A stretch of DNA of 20,000 nucleotides from an uncultured virus (IMG/VR IMGVR_UViG_3300028888_000117) (Duplodnaviria; Heunggongvirae; Uroviricota; Caudoviricetes): IMG/VR virus record IMGVR_UViG_3300028888_000117; one strand, 5' to 3'. The notes under the pieces were generated by a model, which did not search any database, was not told the DNA's origin, and saw nothing but the letters and a program-made list of their open reading frames with translations. The position numbers and the translations under genes are program-made. Positions 9,414 through 16,883 of this stretch are shown here, in pieces. Each line of letters starts with the position of its first letter. Position 1 is the first letter of the stretch.

Positions 9414-9511
9414 AAGTAAGTAATATTTGAAGAGGATAGGTTCGACTCCTTAGTGTAACGGTAGCACACTTCGTATATATTTAATGCATTAATATATAAA
9501 ATTACTTACTT
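9414..9511 (+). ncRNA. Permuted tRNA-elbow mimic (T loop directly followed by a D arm)
   Basis: GGTTCGACTCC then TAGTGTAACGGTAGCAC inside GAAG/CTTC and AAGTAAGTAAT/ATTACTTACTT stems. Confidence 0.5.
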
Positions 9512-9517
9512 TTTAAT

Positions 9518-9591
9518 TGGGGCATAACTCAGTTGGTTAGAGTGTCAATCTGATACGTTGAAAGTCCCGTGTTCGAGTCACGGTGCCCCAA
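9518..9591 (+). tRNA. tRNA-Ile(GAT)
   Basis: TCAAT-CTGATAC-GTTGA. Confidence 0.9.
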
Positions 9592-9594
9592 CTT

Positions 9595-9825
9595 TGGGAA
9601 TTAGCAAAATGATTCGTATGAAAGTTATTATTTATAAATATTTGCGTAAGGCCGCAATTAGACTGAAAGTTCTCGAGATCAATAATATTTATAATAATGA
9701 TAAGTAATGACAGAAAGATAAAGTAATAAGAATAGCTAACTTACGAAATTGAATTTGAAAATGCGAACATACTGCGCTACCCGTGGGTGGGTAGAGGTCC
9801 TGTGAAAGTCAGTGGTTCCCGACCA
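9595..9825 (+). ncRNA. Pro-like tRNA scaffold with a ~160-nt insertion in the D region
   Basis: Acceptor TGGGAAT/GTTCCCG followed by ACCA; arm CTACC-CGTGGGTG-GGTAG; degenerate T arm. Confidence 0.4.
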
Positions 9826-9826
9826 T

Positions 9827-9902
9827 GCCGAGGTATACCCTCGCTCTCATAAGGCGTTGAAAGGTTAGTTGGTTCACGTGAGTTCGACCCTCACCCTCGG
9901 TA
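9827..9902 (+). tRNA. D-armless tRNA-like gene, anticodon CAT
   Basis: Acceptor GCCGAGG/CCTCGGT, CGCT-CTCATAA-GGCG, variable arm TGAA-AGGTTAGTTGG-TTCA, T arm GTGAG/CTCAC. Confidence 0.65.
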
Positions 9903-9930
9903 CATTTATATTAATATAAAGATATTATAT

Positions 9931-10003
9931 GCGGCTGTCGTATAACGGTTTATTATACTCGCCTTCCAAGCCAGTGACGTGGGTTCGACTCCCATCAGCC
10001 GCT
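9931..10003 (+). tRNA. tRNA-Gly(TCC)
   Basis: CTCGC-CTTCCAA-GCCAG (C:C mismatch), U73. Confidence 0.88.
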
Positions 10004-10178
10004 CGCATTAGTAATGGAGTTTGGTAACGAAGGGTGCTCCCAAGGTTCTCCACGTTAAATCCTTCATAGGAGTTTGAATGATTAATTTCATCAAATATTA
10101 AAAACTGTCTTTAATGTGGGCACCGTTTTATATTAAAATTTAAATTATATTAATGATATAATACGGTGCCTATATAAT

Positions 10179-10254
10179 GCATCTGTCGTATAACGGTTCA
10201 GTACGTTCGCCTTCCAAGCCTAAGACGTGGGTTCGACTCCCATCAGATGCTCCA
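10179..10254 (+). tRNA. tRNA-Gly(TCC), weak anticodon stem, CCA encoded
   Basis: TTCGC-CTTCCAA-GCCTA; ends TCCA. Confidence 0.8.
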
Positions 10255-10266
10255 TTCTTAATTGAT

Positions 10267-10340
10267 GGCCCTCGGGACAGATTGGTTTAAGTCGTCGGTC
10301 TCTCAAGCCGGAATAACGGGTTCGAATCCCGTGGGGGCTA
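10267..10340 (+). tRNA. tRNA-Glu(CTC)
   Basis: TCGGT-CTCTCAA-GCCGG. Confidence 0.9.
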
Positions 10341-10430
10341 CACGGCAGGTTTAACAAGGTTTCCTGCGTAATTTATAATTACTTAAGGTTAAGAAAAAAT
10401 GTTGTGACTAATAGGAGAGACTATTTATTT

Positions 10431-10561
10431 CGCGGAGTGGTGAGATTTTTTAATACTTTATTCGCTGTTGCTTCAATATGAATGCTGTAGATTAGAGTTA
10501 CTTCGGTATACACGCTTTTATTTGGAAAAAGATTATGTTGGTTCGAGTCCAACCTCCGCGA
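10431..10561 (+). tRNA. tRNA-like gene (loop ATTTGGA, TTG as written) with the GAGTTACTTC module in its D loop
   Basis: Acceptor CGCGGAG/CTCCGCG, D stem GTG...CAC split by ~60 nt, CTTTT/AAAAG arm, T arm GTTGG-TTCGAGT-CCAAC. Confidence 0.65.
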
Positions 10562-10710
10562 CAAACTTCTTTGATTATTTCTTTAAAGAAATATCCTATG
10601 ACTATATAATTGAATTACGTAATATATATTATATAGGAAGTATGCATAGGCGAGGGTTCAGATGGCGTGACACGGAACTAAGTTTTCGGATCTAAGGAAA
10701 ACCGAATAAT

Positions 10711-10782
10711 GCAGTGTAGGTGTTTATGGTTGCATATGAGATCGCCATTCTTAAGGAGCCAGTTCGAATCTGGTACGCTGCT
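10711..10782 (+). tRNA. tRNA-Gly(GCC), C at position 33
   Basis: TGAGA-TCGCCAT-TCTTA, U73. Confidence 0.8.
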
Positions 10783-10986
10783 CAATATGCAGGGAGCTGT
10801 GAGGTACGCAGCATGTCCGCCCTGCTCCAATAGAGGATACCCCTGAGGCCTCTTATAAATCCGCTTAGGGCCGTACCGAGGTTTACGTTGAAATCCCGCC
10901 CTCGCAGCTTGTGCAGTCATATGCCTTGAATATGATGAAAAACGTATCGGGACATATCAGGGAGCGCGGTTGACCTGATTTAATAT

Positions 10987-11061
10987 GGTGTCGTTAACTT
11001 AACTGGTAAAAGGCGGTGACTGTGAATCACTGAGATGTCGGTTCGAATCTGACACGATACC
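10987..11061 (+). tRNA. tRNA-His(GTG)
   Basis: G-1:C73; GGTGA-CTGTGAA-TCACT. Confidence 0.9.
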
Positions 11062-11226
11062 CAATAAAATCATCTGAGGGTCTGAAAAGAACTATATTCT
11101 AATGGCAAAGAATATGGATATTCAGAGAGGAGAACAGTTGGATGCCATTTCTATTTAAATAGAACCTTCTAGTTTCATGGCGTTAAGGATGACTTGAAAT
11201 AGTCTGTGTAAGATGATTTTATATAT

Positions 11227-11310
11227 GGTGGTATTCGTCTAGTGGCCGATGACGCCAGATTGTGGTCCTGGTAGCGAGAGCTCACGTTGGTTCGAATCCA
11301 ACATACCACC
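11227..11310 (+). tRNA. tRNA-His(GTG), long variable arm
   Basis: G-1:C73; loop TTGTGGT; variable hairpin AGC-GAGA-GCT. Confidence 0.85.
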
Positions 11311-11458
11311 TCGTGAATATCTTGAAGGAAACATCTATCTTAATAAATAGAAGAAGTTACCGTAGGCAACCAATGTGTAGCAACATACATTAGTGTATCA
11401 TTCATCAAGGCAAAATATTAGAGTTGTACGGGATAGTGGAATGTAAAGGTATTATTTT

Positions 11459-11549
11459 GGAGATGTAAGCCTAATTGGTAAGGCAGTAGTCTTGAAAACT
11501 ACTAGTAATCGTGAATAACGGTGTGTCGGTTCGAGTCCGGCCGTCTCCG
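11459..11549 (+). tRNA. tRNA-Ser(TGA)
   Basis: GTAGT-CTTGAAA-ACTAC; class II; G73. Confidence 0.9.
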
Positions 11550-11572
11550 CAGATATATAATATGTAGAGAAA

Positions 11573-11893
11573 ATGAAAATAGATGATAATAGATTTTTGA
11601 AAGATAGTGATAAGACTGGTCGTTTTATTGTTAAATCAAAAATCACAGGAAAGAAATATTTTATAGAACCTATAGGTAATACTCATTCTGCTGATTGGGG
11701 AGATTTGGATCCTGCAACTAAGAAAATGACAGGATCATACGGAGAACGATATGAAGGATGCGTACCAGAGAAAGATTCATTAATTACTAAAGAAAATGGA
11801 TTTGAAAAAATAGAATTATTAAATGCTGGTGTATCACCTTTGTCAGAAATAGACAGAAGAGATAAAGAATACCAAAAACAAATGGGTTTATAA
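11573..11893 (+). CDS. Hypothetical protein (106 aa) inside tRNA array 1
   Basis: ATG start, protein-like composition (..FIEPIG..WGDLDPATKK..GSYG..), fills the gap after tRNA-Ser. Confidence 0.85.
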   Translation: MKIDDNRFLKDSDKTGRFIVKSKITGKKYFIEPIGNTHSADWGDLDPATKKMTGSYGERYEGCVPEKDSLITKENGFEKIELLNAGVSPLSEIDRRDKEYQKQMGL

Positions 11894-12129
11894 ATTAAAG
11901 CATGCCGTCATAGGTTGGTGCACAGGCCTATGAATCGAAGTAGCCTAATATTATGGTGTTAGGAGAAATCGTACGTTCTGTTCCTTAAGTGCGTGGTCTG
12001 AGGAATCTATAGAAGCGTTAGTTAGAGTTGTTGTACCTGTATCTTCAGATATGTACCACATCCTATAGAGGGCGAGGAACCTCAGAAAGATACCATATCT
12101 TTCACGAAACTCGAAAGAGCCACGTGTAT

Positions 12130-12198
12130 CGGGGGTTAGCTCAACGATAGAGCCATGGATTTTACTATGAGACGGTTGTTTAACTCAATCACCCCTGA
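12130..12198 (+). ncRNA. tRNA-like element with a 6-nt anticodon loop (ATTTTA)
   Basis: Acceptor CGGGGGT/ACCCCTG, D arm GCTC/GAGC, T arm GGTTG-TTTAACT-CAATC. Confidence 0.55.
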
Positions 12199-12208
12199 CA
12201 AATTAAAT

Positions 12209-12267
12209 TGGTTACGCAGTAAATGGTACATGTATGCTAGCTATTTGGTTCGATTCCAACGTAACCA
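12209..12267 (+). ncRNA. Miniature tRNA-like element (~59 nt) without a proper anticodon arm
   Basis: TGGTTACG/CGTAACCA, GTA-AATGG-TAC, TTGG-TTCGATT-CCAA. Confidence 0.5.
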
Positions 12268-12291
12268 TCTATAAATGTTGATATTAATAAT

Positions 12292-12370
12292 ACCCTGCTA
12301 GACGAATTGGTATAGTCAGTAGCCTTAGAAGCTATCCTTAGGGGTCTGGGTTCGAGTCCCAGGCGGGGTA
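12292..12370 (+). tRNA. tRNA-Leu(TAG)
   Basis: GTAGC-CTTAGAA-GCTAT. Confidence 0.9.
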
Positions 12371-12386
12371 CAAAATTAAAATATAT

Positions 12387-12460
12387 AGGGCTGTAGCTTA
12401 GTGGTTTAAAGCACTTGCCTTACAAGCAAGGGAGCGTGAGTTCGACTCTCACCAGCCCTA
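12387..12460 (+). tRNA. tRNA-Val(TAC)
   Basis: CTTGC-CTTACAA-GCAAG. Confidence 0.92.
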
Positions 12461-12710
12461 CGAATACGATACCGTTTTTATATGTAGTTAAACCGGTTAA
12501 AATAAAACTACAAATTAACTCTTTGTTCAATGACTTGATGACAGGAATTTATCGTTACCTGTGAAAAAAGGAAATCATCAAGCTGAAAGAAATTGTAAAG
12601 AATGTCCCTGAGGGGGGTAACGTCTTTATAATTTCAAGTAAGACCAAGAAGTATGAATTATCTGTATGTCGCGAGTACATTTATTCAGAAGGTTAGAATA
12701 AAGAGAAAAT

Positions 12711-12790
12711 GGGGTTATGGCGCAATGGTCGACGCAGCAGCCTAAGACACTGTCCTTAATTGGGTGTGGGTTCGAATCCCACTAACCCCA
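12711..12790 (+). tRNA. tRNA-Leu(AAG), A34
   Basis: Leu-type D loop and variable arm; loop CTAAGAC. Confidence 0.82.
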
Positions 12791-12829
12791 CATCAAACAA
12801 ATTTAAGAAAAATATATAGAGGTATTATT

Positions 12830-13078
12830 ATGATTACTCATGATTTAAAAACTATCGTAAAAGGATCCGCTGTTTTAGATTGTGTTAAATCTGGTGGAAT
12901 TGCAGTTTATCATATAACTGTAGAAGATGGGACTGTCTATTCATTAGATATAGATTTGTCAGATAAACATGATGTTGGAGAAACTGCTACATTTATGTCT
13001 CATTATGATAAAGCATTAATATTGATGAGATGGATAAGACGAGCAATTGACAATAATGAATTATACAAAATTTCATAA
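12830..13078 (+). CDS. Hypothetical protein (82 aa, MITHDLKTIVKG...LMRWIRRAIDNNELYKIS)
   Basis: Start moved from 12764 (inside tRNA-Leu) to ATG 12830, which follows an SD-like AGAGGT. Confidence 0.82.
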   Translation: MITHDLKTIVKGSAVLDCVKSGGIAVYHITVEDGTVYSLDIDLSDKHDVGETATFMSHYDKALILMRWIRRAIDNNELYKIS

Positions 13079-13200
13079 TTTTATTAATGAACTTTATAAA
13101 ATTTCTTAATTGTATCAATATATAATACTGAACTTATCCGGTGATAGCGCGCGATAAAGAATTACAGAATGGTTCAACTCCATTAAGTTCAGTATATTTT

Positions 13201-13279
13201 GGCCCGATGGCGGAATTGGTCTACGCAGCCGTCTCAAAAGCGGTCCTTATGGGTCTGGGTTCGAATCCCAGTTGGGCTA
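13201..13279 (+). tRNA. tRNA-Leu(CAA)
   Basis: GCCGT-CTCAAAA-GCGGT. Confidence 0.9.
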
Positions 13280-13380
13280 CTCGCAATTGACACAAATATC
13301 CCAATAAAGTTATGTATATATTTTATTAATATATATGTAACTTTTTTTATTTTTAATATATAAATACATTAAACTTAGAA

Positions 13381-14553
13381 ATGATACAATTATGTGAATA
13401 TATGTCAGAATATTCTTGTGATAGAGCAATATTCTTAGAAACAGTTAATTTAATTGCTGATGAACTTATAACAGAAAGTTTTCAATCATCAATATTGACT
13501 AGTTTAGCAAAAGCTATTAAAGACGCAGAATCTAAACATGCTGAAAATGATAAAGCAGCAGAAAAACGTTATAAAGAAGAAGGACGTGGTTATTCTCCAA
13601 CAAAAACTGCTAAATCTTTTGCTTCTATATTTGGTCCATTAACAGAAACATCAAGATATGGAAATAATAAAAAGACAGGTATTCGTGGTTTAAAATGGTC
13701 AGAAATTAAAGATGATGACTTCCAATATTTTGAAGCAGATTCTGAAGATTGGGATAAGAAATTCATTAAGTTATTAAGATCTGTATATCAAAAGAAAATA
13801 ATGGCTGATGTAATTTGTTGTAAACCAGGAACTAAAGATGTTGTTTGTTTCATAAAAGGTTATGTAAAAACTTTAGGAGACGTAAGAGTATATTATTTCC
13901 CAACAACAGGATATAAATCTGGTGTACAAGAAAAGACTGCAACTAAATATAAGTATGGAGAACGCTCATTAAAACTTGATGAAGCTATTGATGTTGTTTC
14001 AGGATTAGACATATATTTCCTTGAAATCAAAGAAGATATGGTTAAAGACTATGATGTACTTCATAAAGAACGTGAAGAATCTCAAAAGGGAGTTGTTAAT
14101 CTTGATGAAAGAAGTTTACGTGATCTTCTTAAGCAACAGCAAGGTCGTTATCGTGCAATGGTAAAAGAAATTAAAGCACAGAAACTTCAATCAGATCCAA
14201 ATATTTTATTTGATGAAATCAAAAAGACTAATGATGAAGTGGTTGCTTTATTCCAAAAGGTAATGTCTAAACCAGAAAACATGGATCAACGTTTTAGCTT
14301 AGATGATCTTATGCGTTATGTATCTTATGCTTATGAACAATTTTATAAGGCAATGAAATATAAGAGAGATTCAGAACGTACAAAGGAACGTTATAAGAAA
14401 CGTGCTGAAGAAAAGGGAGAAGAATGGGATGAAGAAAAATTTAAAGACTGGGATTATGATGCATCTTCATCAGATGAAGCTATACGTGATGCTAAGGAAT
14501 ATGTACAGAAAGTAAAGAAAATGATCTCAGAAATTGAAGAAAACTTAAAATAA
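13381..14553 (+). CDS. Hypothetical protein (390 aa), charged helical/coiled-coil C-terminal half
   Basis: Long ATG ORF between the two arrays; no family recognised. Confidence 0.9.
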   Translation: MIQLCEYMSEYSCDRAIFLETVNLIADELITESFQSSILTSLAKAIKDAESKHAENDKAAEKRYKEEGRGYSPTKTAKSFASIFGPLTETSRYGNNKKTGIRGLKWSEIKDDDFQYFEADSEDWDKKFIKLLRSVYQKKIMADVICCKPGTKDVVCFIKGYVKTLGDVRVYYFPTTGYKSGVQEKTATKYKYGERSLKLDEAIDVVSGLDIYFLEIKEDMVKDYDVLHKEREESQKGVVNLDERSLRDLLKQQQGRYRAMVKEIKAQKLQSDPNILFDEIKKTNDEVVALFQKVMSKPENMDQRFSLDDLMRYVSYAYEQFYKAMKYKRDSERTKERYKKRAEEKGEEWDEEKFKDWDYDASSSDEAIRDAKEYVQKVKKMISEIEENLK

Positions 14554-14659
14554 AATATAAAATAAATAAATTATTTGAATTTTTCTATAAAAAATATCTA
14601 ATTTATTTATATAAAATCTTAGAATATTTTTATTATAAATTAAATTAATTAAATATCAA

Positions 14660-14773
14660 ATGCAACAAGTCAATACATATAAACAAATATTAGACCAAAT
14701 ATTAGATAATAATACTTGGAATAAGAATTATGCGTTATGTAAAGACCACTTGCATGGAGATTCTGAGATATAG
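14660..14773 (+). CDS. Leader peptide of tRNA array 2 (37 aa, MQQVNTYKQILDQILDNNTWNKNYALCKDHLHGDSEI)
   Basis: ATG after an A-rich leader, TAG at 14771-14773; overlaps the antiterminator strand; codons 1-32 largely match the array 2 anticodon set. Confidence 0.8.
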   Translation: MQQVNTYKQILDQILDNNTWNKNYALCKDHLHGDSEI

Positions 14774-14844
14774 GGGTACAATAAAATAGAAATGATATAA
14801 ATGCAAGTGGTTGGATTAACAAAAATCTAACCACTTATTTGTTT
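14745..14844 (+). terminator. Attenuator 2: intrinsic terminator with competing antiterminator
   Basis: Hairpin AAGTGGTTGGATT (14805-14817)/AATCTAACCACTT (14824-14836) followed by ATTTGTTT; ACCACTTGCAT (14745-14755) is the exact complement of ATGCAAGTGGT (14801-14811). Confidence 0.8.
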
Positions 14845-14886
14845 AAATAAAACAAACATAATATTTTTAAAAATTTTCTTAATTAA

Positions 14887-14930
14887 TTTAAAATTATAAA
14901 ATAAAGTACTATATTATTTATATAATATTT
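14887..14930 (+). promoter_or_regulatory. Promoter-like motif copy (..ACTATATTATTTATATAATATTT)
   Basis: Similar to 6439-6483 and 15453-15495. Confidence 0.45.
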
Positions 14931-14938
14931 AAAAATAT

Positions 14939-15059
14939 ATAATATTTATAAATGTATATCACAATAAATGTGATTAATATTTGAATACTAATAATATTTA
15001 TAAATGTATATCACAATAAATGTGATTAATATTTGAATACTAATAATATTTATAAATGT
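14939..15059. repeat. 52-bp perfect tandem repeat, ~2.3 copies
   Basis: AATATTTATAAATGTATATCACAATAAATGTGATTAATATTTGAATACTAAT starts at 14941 and 14993, partial copy at 15045. Confidence 0.9.
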
Positions 15060-15331
15060 TTAGGTCTTTGAAATACTGAACTCAATAGAAAATAAAATCC
15101 ACTGGATTATTGAAGAATAGGTTCAATTCCAATTCTATAACGTAGTCAGCCGATACTCCTAAATAGGCAAAAGGAGCAATAATTCAGTAAAAGTACAAAG
15201 GTACTATATATGAGGGATTGATAATTTCCATGGGAATTTGAAAATCAGGGTAAAGTGACCCACCACATGTAGAGCAAGGATTCACACTTAAATGAACATT
15301 ATAGGAGAATAGTACCGGATTTTTACTATAT

Positions 15332-15411
15332 GCCTCAATGGCGGAATGGTCTACGCAGAGCACTTAAAATGCTTCCTTAATTGGGTCTTGGTTCGAATCC
15401 AAGTTGAGGTA
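15332..15411 (+). tRNA. tRNA-Leu(TAA)
   Basis: GAGCA-CTTAAAA-TGCTT. Confidence 0.9.
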
Positions 15412-15452
15412 CAAAATTAATAAATAATTCTTTATAAATTTTTTCTTAGAAA

Positions 15453-15495
15453 TTTGAAATTATTTTTTAAAGAACTATATTATTAATATAATATT
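15453..15495 (+). promoter_or_regulatory. Promoter-like motif copy
   Basis: TTTGAAATTATTTTTTAAAGAACTATATTATTAATATAATATT, near-identical to 6439-6483. Confidence 0.55.
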
Positions 15496-15544
15496 CAAAT
15501 TCTAATTATATTTGAAAAGATATTATTTAGATTTTTGAAATTGA

Positions 15545-15567
15545 GTTCTTTGACATGTTGGTACAAT
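15545..15567 (+). promoter_or_regulatory. boxA-like antitermination element, second copy
   Basis: Identical to 6622-6644. Confidence 0.65.
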
Positions 15568-15828
15568 AAAATAAAAAATATTAAAGATATATGTGGGTAG
15601 CGTCACGGAGGACCCCTCCAAGCCAATATTTGGTGAGATTGCTTTATTGAGGTAAATAATCAGTACGGACAGAGGTCATTAGCATAAAATCGCATGTACT
15701 TTAATATTAACAACTGATTTGGAAGAGGTTAGGTGGAAAACCACTGCCAATGAGATGCCAAGCACCTCAGCGGTATAGTTCAGTAAATATATGCAGTAAT
15801 GTAAACAGAATTTCCTTATCATTAAGAA

Positions 15829-15916
15829 TTCCTGATTAGCTCAGATATTATAAGAGCGCTCATCGTTGCCTATGAAGTAACAGAGAGGTCATTGGTGTAA
15901 ATCCAATATTAGGAAC
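15829..15916 (+). ncRNA. tRNA-like element with an extended anticodon arm (loop CT-ATG-AA)
   Basis: TTCCTGAT/ATTAGGAA, D arm GCTC/GAGC, CTC..GTTGC-CTATGAA-GTAAC..GAG, T arm ATTGG-TGTAAAT-CCAAT. Confidence 0.5.
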
Positions 15917-16356
15917 TTAATATGAATGCCTTCGATGTTAGTAGTTAGACTATTTAATAAGTTGGAACAACATTCATAATTTTGGCTGAGGAAGTACCAC
16001 AGGAGCAGATTGAAATAAGTATTAGCCGATGTGGAATAATATTTTTGATGAGGCCATTTTTAATATGGGTCAAACCGATAAGCTGTAGCTGGAGGTCTGG
16101 AGGCTACCAACCGTTTGTACAGAATATGGACTATAGGCAAAAGTACTCGGAAACAGGTGGTGCTGTCGATGAAATTGTTCACCTTTAGGGTTCGATTCCC
16201 TAATGACCTGCAAAGATGTTAGAAAAGGTATAAAGTTCGAACATACCTGAGTAAATTAAATGTGATAATTCGTGCCCCACCGACGGTTATGATGAATGAT
16301 TAGTTGGGTTAAGTGATTGGATGAGGATTCACGACCTCAGCACAGCATCTTTATTT

Positions 16357-16428
16357 GGTGGTATAGTATAATGGTTATTATTTCGGCTTTGTAACCCGAC
16401 GATTTCAGTTCGATTCTGAATACCACCT
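16357..16428 (+). tRNA. tRNA-Thr(TGT)
   Basis: TCGGC-TTTGTAA-CCCGA. Confidence 0.85.
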
Positions 16429-16550
16429 CAAATATATTCTTCTGGTCTGGGAGGTTGGTTCAGACATGCTGCTAAATGTTGAAACATACAGGATTAAGCT
16501 CGGAGAAAATGCATTAAGAGGGTTCGATTCCCTTGAGAATATATTTATTT

Positions 16551-16623
16551 GGGGTTGCATGTTCCAAGGCAGGCGATGGACCTTTGCAAGGTTTGTGGGA
16601 GAGTTCGATTCTCTTCAGCTCCA
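16551..16623 (+). tRNA. tRNA-Ala(TGC)
   Basis: G3:U70, A73; GGACC-TTTGCAA-GGTTT; irregular D arm. Confidence 0.82.
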
Positions 16624-16809
16624 CAAATGGTTAATGTAATGTAAAATAAAAAACTTGGGATGTTATAATAAAACCATTACATTTGCGATTCGTTTCCTAT
16701 TTCCCATAGGTGTCGTTAAGAGGTCGGCTCGGTTGCTAGTTAAGGTTCGGTTTTGTACCGCTTAACTATATTCTGGTCAGCACAGAACGGTTCTCCAATT
16801 TTTAATTTT

Positions 16810-16883
16810 GCTCCTGTAGCTCAGCTGGTGGTAGCATCTGACTGTTAATCAGAGGGTCGCAGGTCCGAGTCCTGCCGGGAGCG
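16810..16883 (+). tRNA. tRNA-Asn(GTT)
   Basis: TCTGA-CTGTTAA-TCAGA, G73. Confidence 0.92.

Noticed and set aside
1..14553. Alternative genetic code (TAG=Gln) as in some gut megaphages
   Set aside because: The 1643-, >364- and 390-codon ORFs are open in the standard code with no in-frame TAG, and no CTA-anticodon tRNA is in the window. Not excluded for the rest of the genome.
16067..16210. tmRNA (also considered for 9595-9825)
   Set aside because: Too short, lacking an Ala-type acceptor end with G3:U70 and a recognisable tag reading frame.
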